A stretch of 64,000 nucleotides of DNA from Candidatus Eiseniibacteriota bacterium (lineage in GTDB: Bacteria > Eisenbacteria > RBG-16-71-46 > CAVPCR01), in NCBI GenBank assembly GCA_963823555.1, contig CAWGMA010000004.1, forward strand, positions 640,001 through 704,000. The letters are read 5' to 3'. The notes under the pieces are model-generated. The model did not search any database. It saw nothing but the letters and a program-made list of their open reading frames with translations, and was not told the DNA's origin. The translations under genes were made by a program, and so were the position numbers. Positions 51,917 through 63,564 of the stretch are shown in pieces. How positions within the stretch are numbered: position 1 is the first letter of the stretch; the number at the start of each line of letters is the position of its first letter.

Positions 51917-54900
51917 GTGAGCTCGATCACGGACTGGACGCGGTCGACCGGATCCTGCCTCCCGGATCGTCGGTGGCGGCGGCCGTCGCTGATCATCATG
52001 AGCGCGGGCGCCGCCTCGGCCCAGGAGCCGCGGTCGCGGCGCCCAGACCCGAGCGTCCGCGTCGTCACGGACGCCGTCGGGCTCCAGGCTCCAGGTGGAC
52101 GGCCGCGACTTCATGGTCCTCGGCATGAACTGGGACTACATCCCGATCGGCGCAGAACTACGCCTACGACCTCTGGGAGCAGCCGGACGACGTCATCGAG
52201 GCGGCGCTCGCCCGGGAGATGCCGCTCCTCAAGGCGATGGGGGTCAACGCGATCCGGCAGTACGTCGGGCATCCCGCCGCGCTGGGTCCAGTACATCTAC
52301 GAGCGCTACGGCATCTACACCGTGCTCAACCATCCCGTGGCGCGCTACGGCTACACCCTCGACGGCGTCTGGATCCCGTCGGTCGACTACTCCGATCCCC
52401 GCCTCCGCGCCGCCGTCGACGGCGGAGATCGTCGACCATGGTCGAGGAGTTCCAGGGCGCCCCCGGCGTGCTGATGTGGCTGCTCGGGCAACGAGAACAA
52501 CTACGGGCTCTCCTGGACCTCCTTCGAGATCGAGGCGCTGCCCGAGGGCGAGCGCGACGCGGCCCGGGCCCGCCATCTCTACTCGCTCTTCGGCGAGATC
52601 ATCGCGCGCCATCAAGGCGCGCGACCCGCACCGCCCGGTGGCCATCGCCAACGGCGACCTCCAGTACATCGACCTCATCGCCGAGGAGTGCAAGGACCTC
52701 GACATCTTCGGCACCAACGTCTACCGCGGCATCTCGGCGCGCGACCTCTTCGAGGTGGTCGAAGGACGAAGCTCGGCATCCCGGTCATGTTCACCGAGTT
52801 CGGCGCCGACGCCTGGAACGCGAAGGAGATGCGCGAGGACCAGGTGACGCAGGCCCGCTACCTGCATCGGCCAGTGGCAGGAGATCTACGAGCAGTCGAG
52901 CGGCAAGGGCCGGGTCGGCAACGCCATCGGCGGCTTCATCTTCCAGTGGAGCGACGGCTGGTGGAAGTTCGGCCAGGACGAGCCGCCTCGACATCCACGA
53001 CACGCAACGCCTCCTGGCCCAACGGCGGCTACGCCGAGGACTTCGTCGAGGGCGAGAACAACATGAACGAGGAGTGGTGGGGCATCTGCGCCAAGGGCCC
53101 GCCCGACGCCGCGGGCTCTACGAGCTCTACCCGCGCGCCGCCTACTACGCGCTCCAGCGCGCCTTCCGCCTCGATCCCTACGCCCCCGGCACCGATCTCG
53201 CGGCGATCCGCGCCCACTTCGCCGCCATCGACCCCGTGGCGCGCCGCGCTCGAGGCGCGCGGCGACCAGCGCGAGCCTGCGTCGCCGACGTGCTCGAGCC
53301 GCGTCCGCGCTGAGCGGCGCTGCGGCTGGAGTTCGAGACCTACAGCACCGGCGGCGAGCGACATCACGCACCGCCCGAGCCGAGACGCCGCGGACGGCGC
53401 TGCCCGCCTTCCGCGGCTTCGACCACCTGGAGTCGTTCTACGCCGACTTCGAGGCGCAACCCGGCCGAGAACGTGATCGGCAACGCTCTCGCTCAACGTG
53501 CTCGGCAACGTCCCGCTGAATCCGATCGACGAGATCTTCTACGAGAACCGCGGCCGCCCGCGCACCGTGTCAGACGGACGGGGAGCTCGTTCGAGCTCGA
53601 AGGGCATCGAGCGCGTGAAGGTCTACCGCGCCAGCGTGTCCTGGGACGATCGCTGGTTCAAGCTGGACGGCTTCTACCGCACCGGCCACACCCACTGGGG
53701 CTACGAGGGCGACTTCTTCGGCCTCTACCGCGAGGCCTACTACGGCGAGAACATCGACATCTACAACGGCGAGGCGCCGGTCGGCGTCGAGATCGCGGGC
53801 CGGAAGGCGCTCGACGGGGCTGAAGCTCGCCTTCGGCCCGCAGCTCTGGTGGGGCGCCAACCCGGCGGTCATGCTCGAAGTACCAGCCGCCGCGGTCGGC
53901 CCGTTCGACGCCACCGCGCATCTACCAGGAGGACTTCGCCGCGCAGTCCACGGTCACCAGCTCGGTCGCGATCCCGCTGCCGCCCACGCGCAGGGCCACG
54001 CTCCACCTGGCGACCCGGACGCGGGCCGTTCGGCTATCGAGGTCGGCGGCATCTGGGCGGGCTCCACCAAGGTCGGCGAGCGCTTCCAGATCGCCGAGGA
54101 GATCGGCGAGGCAGCTACCGCGTCCTCCAGGACGAGTCGTGCGCACGCGCGACACCTTCGGCGCCAAGGCCAAGGTCACGATGCGAGGCGGGACGCTGGC
54201 ACTGGTACGCGCAGGGCGCCTACATGGGCCTCGTGGCCGACGGCGGGCCCGACCGCGACCATCACCTTCACCGGCTGGAGCCTCAAGGACACCGGCTCGG
54301 GCAACCAGGCGCAACGTCATCACCGGGCTCGCCGTGCAACGTGGGCAACTTCCAGATCGGGCCGAACTTCCTCTGGCAGAAGCCGATCGTCGGCCCGATC
54401 CCCGGCGACGTGCCCGCTCCCGGCCGGCCGCGCAACGTCCTCGACGATCCGTTCGCCGTGCGCGCCAACCGGGAGACCGTCGGCGGCGAGCTCCTGGTCG
54501 ACCTACGACCCGACGCCGGCGACCTGGATGTGGGCGTGGGACAACGACGTCCGCGAGGACGCGCGATCTCGCCGGCAGCCTGGGCTTCGTCTTCCGGCAT
54601 CTGCCGACCACCCAGGACGCAGCGATCGGCATTCTCGGCGAACGGCCGACGACCTTCGCGTTCCCCGGGGCCCCGCCGCCCCGCGATCTCTGGGAGGTGC
54701 AGGCGCGCGTCGTGTCACGCATGCGGCCGCGATACGCCGCCTCGTCGGCAACTGCCTTCGCCGGCACCGGCGAGCCGAACGGCAGACGATCCGCGGCTCA
54801 TCCACCGCTACGGCGGCGAGCGCTCGCGTCGCCTCGGGGCCGCATCGCCCTCGCGAGCCTTCGCCAAGTTCAACGACTGGGGACCCTACGACTACCACCG

Positions 54901-55154
54901 CGACTTCAACCTCACCTTCCCGGTGCAGCTGATGGGCGACATCTCGTACACGCTGGGCACGCCGCGCTGGTTCGGGTATCCGCAGACCCGCATCGGCGTG
55001 CGCGGCACCTGGCGCTCGCTCGACGAGTACTCGCCGCGCTACTGCCCGGCGACGGTCCCCGGCCCGGGCGGCACTCCGCAGTGCGACCCGACCGCCCCGG
55101 GCGCGAACGGGCGCGAGTGGGAGATCCGGACCTACCTGCACCTTGGCGATCTGA
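51917..55154 (+). CDS. Clan GH-A (GH2-like TIM barrel) glycosidase fused to a predicted outer-membrane beta-barrel (~1050 aa, many apparent frameshifts)
   Basis: GTG at 51917 with GGAGG RBS. GMNWDYIPIG, MGVNAIRQY, WLLGNENNYG, MFTEFGAD, FQWSDGWWK, MNEEWWGI. The C-half has amphipathic aromatic strands ending EWEIRTYLHL. Confidence 0.7.
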
Positions 55155-55169
55155 GGCGCGCCCGCGCGC

Positions 55170-56150
55170 CGTGCTGACTCGCCGCGCAGGTGACAGGCGG
55201 CGGCGTGGCCCGGGGCCGAGCTCGATGCAGCTCGGGCGGGTCCGCTCGCGGCAGAGATCCGATGGCGCGGTCGCAGCGCGGGTGGAAGCGGCAGCCCGAC
55301 GGCGGGTGCTCGAGGCTCGGCGGCGCGCCCGGGATGCTCGCCGAGCTCCGTCGTGTCGCCGCGGACCGAGGGGAAGGCGCGCAGGAGCCCCTGCGTGTAG
55401 GGATGCCGCGGCGTCGCGGCGCAGCTCCGCCGCCGGCCCGACCTCGACCAGCCGTGCCGCGTAGAAGACCGCCACCCGATCCGAGAACTGCAGCATGCGC
55501 GCGAGGTCGTGCGTGATGAAGAGCACGGCGAAGCCGAGCCGCCGCTGCAGCGCCCGGATCTGCTCGAGGATCTCCCGCTCCACGATGACGTCGAGCGCCG
55601 TCGTCGGCTCGTCGAGGATGACGAGCGCCGGCTCGAGCGCGAGCGCGAGCGCGATGCCCACGCGCTGCCGCATGCCGCCCGAGAGCTGGTGCGCGTAGCT
55701 GTCGAGCCGATCGGCGGGGATGCCCGACCATCTCGAGCAGCTCGCCGGCGCGCGTCGCGCGCCCGCGCCGGCGGGACGGCACCGTGCGCGAGCAGCGTGT
55801 CGACGATCTGCTCGCCGACCGTGATCACCGGGTTGAGCGCGTCCATCGCGCTCTGGAACACCATCGAGATCCGCTTCCAGCGCAGCTCGCGCAGCTCCGG
55901 CTCGTCGAGCGCGAGGATGTCGCGCCCCTCGAAGCAGCACGCTGCCGCCCGTGATGACCGCCGGCGGCGGCAGGATGCGCAGGAGCGCCTGGGCCAGCGT
56001 CGACTTGCCGCTGCCCGACTCGCCCGGCGATCCCCAGGATCTCGCCGCGCCCGACGTCGAGCGACACGTGATCGATGGCGCGCACCGGTCCCGCGGTCGG
56101 TGACGTAGTCGACGCAGAGGTCGCGGATCGGAGAGCAGCGGCTCAGTCAT
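55170..56150 (-). CDS. Opp/Dpp-type ABC ATP-binding subunit, OppD-like (frameshifted; 3' end approximate)
   Basis: [68 protein letters not shown]...ACHL. Confidence 0.85.
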
Positions 56151-57092
56151 GATCGCGCCACCACCGGTGTCGAGCGCGTCGGCTCCTGGCCGCGCGCGGC
56201 CAGGTAGCGCGCGCCAGGCGCGCTCGAGCTGCAGCCGCGGATTGGTGATCTCGTCGAAGCCCGAGTTGAGCATGGTGAGGCCGAAGCCGACGAGCGCGAC
56301 GCAGAGCCCGGTGGGCGCGAACGTCCACCAGGCGCCGGTCAGGAGCGCCGAGTCGTTCTGCGCCCAGTAGAGGTTCGTGCCCCAGGTGACGGCCGAGACG
56401 TCGCCCAGCCCCAGGAACTCGAGCCCCACCTGGGCGCCGATCGCGTAGACGGTGCTGCCGATGACCTGGGCCACGAGCAGCGACGTCATGTTGGGCAGGA
56501 TCTCGCGGGTGATGATGCGGAAGCTCGACTCGCCGGCCACGATCGCCGCCGGCGACGAAGTCGCGCTCGGCGCAGCGCCAGCGTCTGCGCGCGCAGCACG
56601 CGCGCGTTCCAGGCCCAGCCGGTGACGACGAGCACGAGCCCGAGCGTGAGCGGGCCCGGAGGGCAGGTAGGCGGCGATGACGATGGCGAGCGGCAGGCCC
56701 GGGATGACGAGGAACACGTTGAAGAGGAGCGAGAGCAGGCCGTCCACGCGGCCGCCGAAGTAGCCGGCGGTGACGCCCACGAGCGCGCCGACGAGGACGA
56801 CGACGAGGCCCACGCCGAAGCCGATCGCGAGCGAGATCCGCGTGCCGACCACGAGCTGCGCGAGCACGTCCTGCCCCTGGCCGGTGGTGCCGAGCCAGTG
56901 CTCGCGCCGAGGGCGGCTGGAGCGGGATGCCGACGAGCGCGTCGGGATCGCCCGACGAGCCAGGGACCGACGAGCGCGACGAGCAGGAAGACCGCGAGGA
57001 TGCGCGGCGCCGATCGTCGCCTTGCGGTCGCGACGGATCGCCTCCCACCAGGCCGCGATGCCGGTCGCCCGGCGATCGCCGGCGTCGCTCAT
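56147..57092 (-). CDS. Opp/Dpp-type ABC permease, OppC-like (frameshifted)
   Basis: HWLGTTGQGQDV, GVTAGYFGG, IPGLPL, EILPNM, LEFLGLGD...TWG, NPRL. Confidence 0.85.
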
Positions 57093-58081
57093 GACGCGGG
57101 CTCCCGGGTGCGCGGATCGAGCCACAGGTAGACGAGGTCGACGAGCCAGTTCGCGCCGAGCACCGCCAGCGTGATGACGAGGAAGATCCCCTGCATGAGC
57201 GGGATAGTCCTGGTTGCGCACCGCCTGCACGAGCAGGTAGCCCTGGCCGGGATAGGAGAAGACGATCTCGGTGAGGAGCGAGCCGCCGAGAACGAAGCCC
57301 GAGCGCCATGCCGAAGCCGGTGACGCTCGGCAGGAGCGCGTTGCGGGCGGCGTAGCGCAGCACGACGCGCGACGGGGGCGAGCCCCTTGGCCCGCGCCAG
57401 GTTGACGTAGTCCGAGCCGAGCATCGCGATCATGGTGTTCCGCATCGAGAGCAGCCAGCCGCCCAGCGTCGCCAGCACGACCGTGCCGACGGGCAGCACC
57501 GCGTGGCGCACGACGTCGGCGAGGAAGGCGAGCCGAGAAGCCCGGCGTCAGGTCGTCGCCGTAGGCGTGGCCCAGCGGGAAACCAGCCGAGCGTGAAGCC
57601 GAGCACGTAGAGCGCCACCATGGCGAGCCAGAAGTAGGGAAACGCGCCGAGGAAGACGAAGCGTCGAGGGCAGCCACGGTGTCGAGCCAGCCGCGCCGCC
57701 ACCAGGCGGCGGCGACGCCGAGGAGCGTGCCGATGGCGAAGCTGACCACCACCGCCGTGCCGGCCAGGAAGATGGTCCAGACGAGCCCGGTGCCGATCAC
57801 CTCGGCGACCGGGCGACGGGAAGTAGGCGACCGAGATGCCGAGGTCGCCCCGCAGCACGTGCGCGAGATAGGTGAAGTACTGGCCGAGGAGCGGCGCGTC
57901 GGTGAGGCCGAAGGTCTCGCGCAGCGCCTCCATCGCCTCCGGGCTCGAGCCGGCCGCGGAAGCGCGCGAAGAGCGCGGTGGCCGGATCGCCGGGCATGAG
58001 GCGGGGCAGGAAGAAGTTGAGCGTCAGCGCCACCCACGCCGCGAGGAGGTAGAAGCCGAGTCGTCGCAGGATGTAGCGCAC
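57089..58081 (-). CDS. Opp/Dpp-type ABC permease, OppB-like (frameshifted)
   Basis: GTG at 58081 with GGAGGA RBS. FFLPRLMPGDP, QYFTY...GDLGIS, ARAKGL, RNALLP, TEIVFSYPG, DYP, LDPR. Confidence 0.85.
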
Positions 58082-58092
58082 TCGACGTCCTC

Positions 58093-59778
58093 CTAGCGCG
58101 GCGTGAGGGTGGTCAGGACGAGCAGGCACTCGCCGCGGTCGAACTTGTTCGGCGACGGATCGGCGTACGGATGCTCCGCCGACGGGAAGCCCGTCGAAGC
58201 GGCTCGTGTTGTACTCGGCCCAGGACGGGTTCGGGTAGAGCGGGATCGCCGGCGCCTCGGCGACGAAGATCCGCTGCAGCTCGTCGGCGAGCCGGTCGCT
58301 GGCGTCGCCGGATCGGGCTCGCGCTCGAAGGCCGCGAGCGCCGCGTCGGCCGCGGGCTGCCGTAGCGGTGCCAGTTGCCCATCGACGCTCTCGCCGATCG
58401 GGCTTCACCGTCGCCGAGGACATGAGCCAGCGGTAGAAGAGGTAGGGCGTCGGCCCCTCGAACGACCACCCGAGGCTCAGGTCGAAGTTCCCCTCCTGCA
58501 CGCGCTGGAACCAGGCGCTGAAGTCGTAGGTGCGCACCGAGGCCGTCGATGCCGAGCTCGCCGCAGACCGCGGGCGATCACCTGGGAGGCGCGCACCCAG
58601 TCCGACCATCCCGAGACGGTGAGGATCTCGTAGCGCCAGGGCTCGCCGTCGGGCAGGCGCCGCACGCCGTCCTCGCCGCGCGCGATAGCCCGCCTCGTCG
58701 AGGAGCGCCTCGGCGCGGGCCAGGTCGTAGCGCACCCAGTCGTCCGTCGGCGGCGATCTCGGGATCGTGCCAGGCGGCGTAGGCGTCGCTCAGGCCCGTG
58801 GCGTCGGCCGGGCGCGAGTAGCGGTAGAGCGCCACGTCGACCAGGAGCTCGCGGTCGATCGCCATGCTCAGCGCCTTGCGCACCCGCACGTCGTCGAACG
58901 GGGCGCGGGTGGTGTTGGCGTAGAGGAAGATGGTGCTCCCGGTGAGCGGGAACCAGTAGCGGTGGTGCTCCGGATTGCGTCCGACGAAGACGCGGTCGAT
59001 GGCGGGGACGAAGTTCCCGGCCCAGTCCACCTCGTCGAAGACCAGGGCCAGGTTGGCGCGGTCGTTGGCCGGATAGGCGGGGAAGCGGAGCGCCGTCGAT
59101 GCGCGGCCGGCCCTCCTGCCAGTAGCGCGGGTTGCGACCGAGCTCGTAGACCTGGTTGCGGAAGACGCGCACCTCGGTGAAGGGGCCGGTGGCCACCGGG
59201 TTCTCGTTGGGGAACGTCACCGGATCCGCCACCTCGCTCCAGACGTGCTCGGGCACGATCTGCTGCGCCGCCACCTCGTCGAACCCGGGGATGAAGACGC
59301 GCTGGAAGCGGAAGTCGACCGTGCGCTCGTCGATCGGCGACCACGCCATCGAGGAAGCCCCAGACGCCGCGGCGGTCGAGCGCCGGATGCGCTGCAGGAG
59401 CGTCGAAGGTGAACGCGACGTCGCGCGCCGTGAAGGGCTCGCCGTCCGACCAGAGCACGCTGTCCCGGGTCGTCACGCGCAGCACGCGGTTCCCGTCGCG
59501 CCACTCGTGCGCCGACCGCGAGCCACGGCACGTACTCGCGCTGCACGCTGTTGAAGACGAAGAGCGGCTCGTAGATGCCGGCGAGCGTGGGCCAGCGGGC
59601 GGCGGTGGCGGTCGTGAGCGGGTTGAAGTTGCGGATCCAGGAGGCCTGCTGCTCCTGCGAGACCACGAGCACGCCTTCGGGAGCCCGCGGCCGTTCCCGG
59701 ACGCAGGCCGCGTCCCGCGACAGCGACGATCGACAGAGCCATGGCGAGCGTCGCCGGCGCGTGCCGGACGCTCATCAT
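58093..59778 (-). CDS. Family-5 (OppA-like) solute-binding protein, probably oligosaccharide-binding (frameshifted)
   Basis: RNFNP, IYEPLF, PWLA, WSDGEPFTARDVAFTF, IVPEHVW, PVATGPF, PFDDVRVRKALSMAIDR, GWSDW, PAIPLY. Confidence 0.85.
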
Positions 59779-60611
59779 CTCGAACCTGTAGACGCGCACC
59801 CAGTCGACGAGCATGGTCTGCGGGAAGTCCGTGCTCGCGTTCGGCGGGCCGACGAAGTGGCCGCCCACCGCGACGTTCAGGATGATGAAGAACGGATGGT
59901 CGAAGACCCAGCGCCCGCCGGTCGGCAGGCTCGCGCGGAGTGACGACGCAGGTAGGGGATCGTCGTCGACGAACCAGGTGATGCGGCTCCGCTTCCCACT
60001 CGACCGCGAAGACGTGGAAGTCGTCGTCGAAGCCCGCGTCGCCGGAGAGCGTGTAGCGGCCCGTCACCGCGCTGCCGCCCGAGTAGCCCGGGCCCGTGGA
60101 GGCTGCCGTGGAGGATCTCGCGGCTCCTGACCGCGGTACTCCATGATGTCGATCTCGCCGCACGCGGGCCAGCCGACCGTCGTCGAAGTTGGCGCCGAGC
60201 AGCCAGAACGCGGGCCAGATGCCCTGGCCGACCGGCAGCGGATCCGCGCCTCGAAGCGCCCGTGCGTCTGCTCGAAGATGCTCGCGGGTGTTGATGCGCC
60301 CCGAGGTGTAGCTCCGCCCCTGGTAGGTCTCCTCGCGCGCGGTGATGGCGAGGTGGCCTGCGCCGTCGAGCGAGACGTTCTCGGGCGGTCGGTGTCGTAC
60401 TCGAGCTGCGCGTTGCCCCAGTCGGTGCCGATGTCGAAGCGCCAGCGTGGCGGCATCGGGCGACTGCCCGGCCGGTCCCTCGAACTCGTCCTCCCAGACG
60501 AGCTGCCACTCCGCCGAGTCCTCGTCGCAGCCGTCCTGCAGCCGGCGAGCACGAGCGCAAGCGCCGCCAGCAGAGCCAGTCGAACGGAACGATCTGGTGC
60601 CTGCGTCTCAT
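59772..60611 (-). CDS. GH16 endo-beta-1,3-glucanase (laminarinase type), probable lipoprotein (frameshifted)
   Basis: LVLAGC (lipobox-like), LVWEDEF, WGNAQLEYD, YTSGRI, GRFEARI, WPACGEIDIMEY, DFHVFAVEW, FPQTMLVDWVRVY. Confidence 0.85.
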
Positions 60612-61836
60612 GCGTTCTCCGTGCGCCGCGCCGCCGACCGGGAAGAGGCGCGAGTCGGCGAGCGCGGCCTTGAGCACCAGGGTCGCGGCGCCGACCGCCA
60701 CGGCCTGCGGTGCCGAGCTCGCTGGTCCGGATCTCGGCGGCGGCGACCGAGCTGACGAGCGTGCGGCCGCGAACCGTCTCGCGCAGCGGCTCGAGCAGCA
60801 GCTCGCCGAGCCGCGCGAGCCCGCCGCCGAGGATCACGAGCGACGGGTTCATGAGGTTGAGCAGACCGGCGACGGCGATGCCCAGGTGCTCCGCGGCTTC
60901 CCGCACCACCTGCAGCGCCAGCGGATCGCCGGCGAGCGCCGCGTCCTCGATGGAGGTCGATGGTGAGCCCGTTGCCGGCGAGCGCTGCTTTCGGGGTGAT
61001 CGGCGGAGCAGCGACGCGCGCGCGCTCCACCAGCGCCGGCGCGCCGACCAGGGTGGCGAGGCAGCCGCGCAGCCCGCAGATGCAGGGCTCGCCGTGCGGA
61101 TCGATGGCCAGGTGTCCGATCTCGCCGGCGACGCCGGTGGCGCCGCGGTAGATCTCGCCGCCGATGACGTGACCCGAGCCGATCGCCGGTGGCGACCTTG
61201 ATGTAGGCGAAGTCGTCGACGCCGCGCCCGGCGCCCCACCAGTGCTCGGCCAGCGCGCCGAGGTTGGCGTCGTTGTCGACGAGGAGCGGCACGCCGAAGC
61301 GCGCGCGCAGCGCCTCGAGCCCGCTCTCGCCCCGCCACTCGGGAAGCACGACCTCCGAGAGCCGGTCGGGATGCGAGGGATCGACCGGGCTGGGGACGGC
61401 GACGCCGATGCCGACCAGGCGCTGCTGGCCGCTTCCGGCGTCGCGCAGGCAGGCGTCGCAGAGCTCGGCGATGAGGGCTCGCGTGCCCTCGGGATCGGTG
61501 CGCACCGGGTGATCGCGGTGCTCGCCAGGCGAGCACGCGGCCGCGCAGATCGGTGAGCGCCACCGCGACGTGGGCCGCGCCCATCTCGACGCCGAGGATG
61601 CGCAGGCGTCGTCCTGGAACTCGAGCACGATCGGCCGGCGGCCGCCGCGCGAGCGGGCCGGCGCCGACCTCGGCGACCAGCCCGGTCGGCGAGGAGGCTG
61701 CCGACGATCTCCGAGACCGTGGAGCGCGAGAGATCGGCGCGCCGGGCGATCTCGGCGCGCGAGATCTGGCGCTCGTGCCAGATCAGCCGCAGCACCGAGT
61801 CGGCGAGGGGGCGCGCGCGGGTCGGATCGGCTCGCT
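60608..61836 (-). CDS. ROK-family transcriptional repressor (frameshifted; start codon appears corrupted)
   Basis: HTH ISRAEIARRADLSRSTVSEIV, GGRRPIVL, VDNDANLGALAE, GEIGH...CICGLRGCL (Zn motif), NLMNP, LGGG. AGGAGG RBS at 61842-47. Confidence 0.9.
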
Positions 61837-61881
61837 CGGCCCTCCTGGTGCGTGGCTCGCTGGCGCTCGATGGCTGCGAAC

Positions 61882-63243
61882 CTACCTGTGGAAGTACACG
61901 TTGTCGATGTACGCGGTGCTCGTGTCGCCCGAGATGATGAGCTGGGCGAGATGCGCCCGGCTCGTGAGGCCAGTGAACTCGCCAGCGGGATGTCGAGGCT
62001 GACCCATGTCGCCGTGACGAGCGGGGGCGTGGTGGCGGCGTTGAACGTGAGCTCGTGCTCGCTGTCATCGCCGCCGCCGAAGATCGCCGTCCGCGCCGAA
62101 GTCGACGAGCTTGACCCGGAAGACGTTGCCCTCGGGCACCCAGACGTCGAGATGGAAGTGCGTCATCGCCGTGGCGTCGATGGTCTCGGTCGCGAACTCG
62201 ATGCCCGCGTAGATGAGGTTCGTGTAGACCTTGACGTCGTCCCCGGCGATCTCGAGGTCGGTGACGTCGGCCAGGTCCCAGCCCGCCGACCAGGTGTCGA
62301 CGGGGACATCGCTGTAGACGTTGCTGAAGAGCGAGATGACATCCGCGGCGGGAAGCGTCGGCGCCGGCGCCGGCGTGTCGGGCGGGGCGATGGCCATCAC
62401 GTTCACCTCCCCGGTCGCCTCGACCGTGCCGAGCTTGGCGGTGATGACGGCGCTGCCGCCTCCGACCACCCGGATCTCGCCCTCGGTCGTGAGGGCCACG
62501 CTCTCGTCGGAAGAGATGTAGGTGAAGTAGCCGGGCATGTGAGCGATGGTCTCGTCGGTTCCGTCGACGTCGAAGATGGTCTCGGTGCCGTCGATGGGCA
62601 CGGTGGCCCCGACGAAAGCGCTCACCTCCCGCGATTCCATGCTCGGCCGCGGGTTGGTGATCGTGCCGACCTTCTCGAACATGATCTCGTCGAACCAGAC
62701 CTGGTGGCCTTCGTTGCCCTCGGGTCCTTCGGCGAAGAAGAAGAGCCCGCGCTCGGACGCGAGTCGCGCCGGGAGCGGGATCGGGATCACGTACTTCGTC
62801 CAGGTCGTGGTGAGCGGGATGCGGCTCCAGCTGGCCTCGTACTTCGAGGTGCCGGTGTTGTCGTTGCCGAGCCCGGCGATGTCGAGCGTCGTGGGCTTGC
62901 TCGACTTGGCCCAGAAGGTCAGGGCGTCGTAGCCCGAGAGGTCCCGCACGACGTCGGCGGTGAAGGCGCCGCCGGCGTAGCCGCCGTCCGGATCGCCGGC
63001 GCGGGGGATCTCGACCCGGAGCGACGCGGTGCCCTCGTAGGCCTCGTTCGTGTCGATGAAGACGGCGTCGAGGTTGGAGCCGAGGAAGGCCTGGAACTCG
63101 ACCGCGCCGGTGAAGCCGTCCTGGAAGACGATGGGGTCGGTGCTCAGCGGGTAGGGCTTGAGTCCCGAGGTGTCGCGCTCGCAGCCCGCAGCCAGGATGG
63201 CGAAGAGGGCCAGCGTGGCAGTCACCGGAGGCGAGTATCTCAT
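61882..63243 (-). CDS. Surface lipoprotein: CBM-like domain + Ig-like domain + 'PAPTxxAADVISLFS' domain (putative glucan-binding; frameshifted near the 3' end)
   Basis: Lipobox LAAGC; RDLSGYDALTFWAK...WTKYVIPIP...WFDEI; Big_2-like YISSDESVA...GSAVITAKLG; APAPTLPAADVISLFSNVY; ends YIDNVYFHR*. Confidence 0.75.
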
Positions 63244-63340
63244 CGTCGTTCCTTGGATCGGGCTCCGGCGTGAAGGCCGGGATCCAGTCGGGCCAGACCG
63301 GCTGGCGGGTCGTAAGCGGCCACCGTGCCAGCCATTCCAG

Positions 63341-63390
63341 CTTTGTTCGGCCTGCGAGCAAAGTATGCGGGGGCGGTGGCTGATTGTCAA
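63341..63390 (-). promoter_or_regulatory. Sigma70 promoter immediately followed by a third operator palindrome
   Basis: Minus strand TTGACA (63390-85) - N17 - CATACT (63367-62); operator cTTTGTTCG-gcctg-CGAGCAAAg at 63341-63363. Confidence 0.8.
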
Positions 63391-63564
63391 GCACGCCGCT
63401 CGCGGCACCGGGCCGGCATGGAGGGCCGGGCCATGCCTTCACCGGCGGGGGGGGAATCCCACGAGATCCGGGAGCCGGAAGGGATGGGACAGGAACCTGG
63501 ATCCCGATGGCTTGGATATGCTCCACGAGCTGCACGGCCCCGTGAACGAGAACAGGATCAGCGC

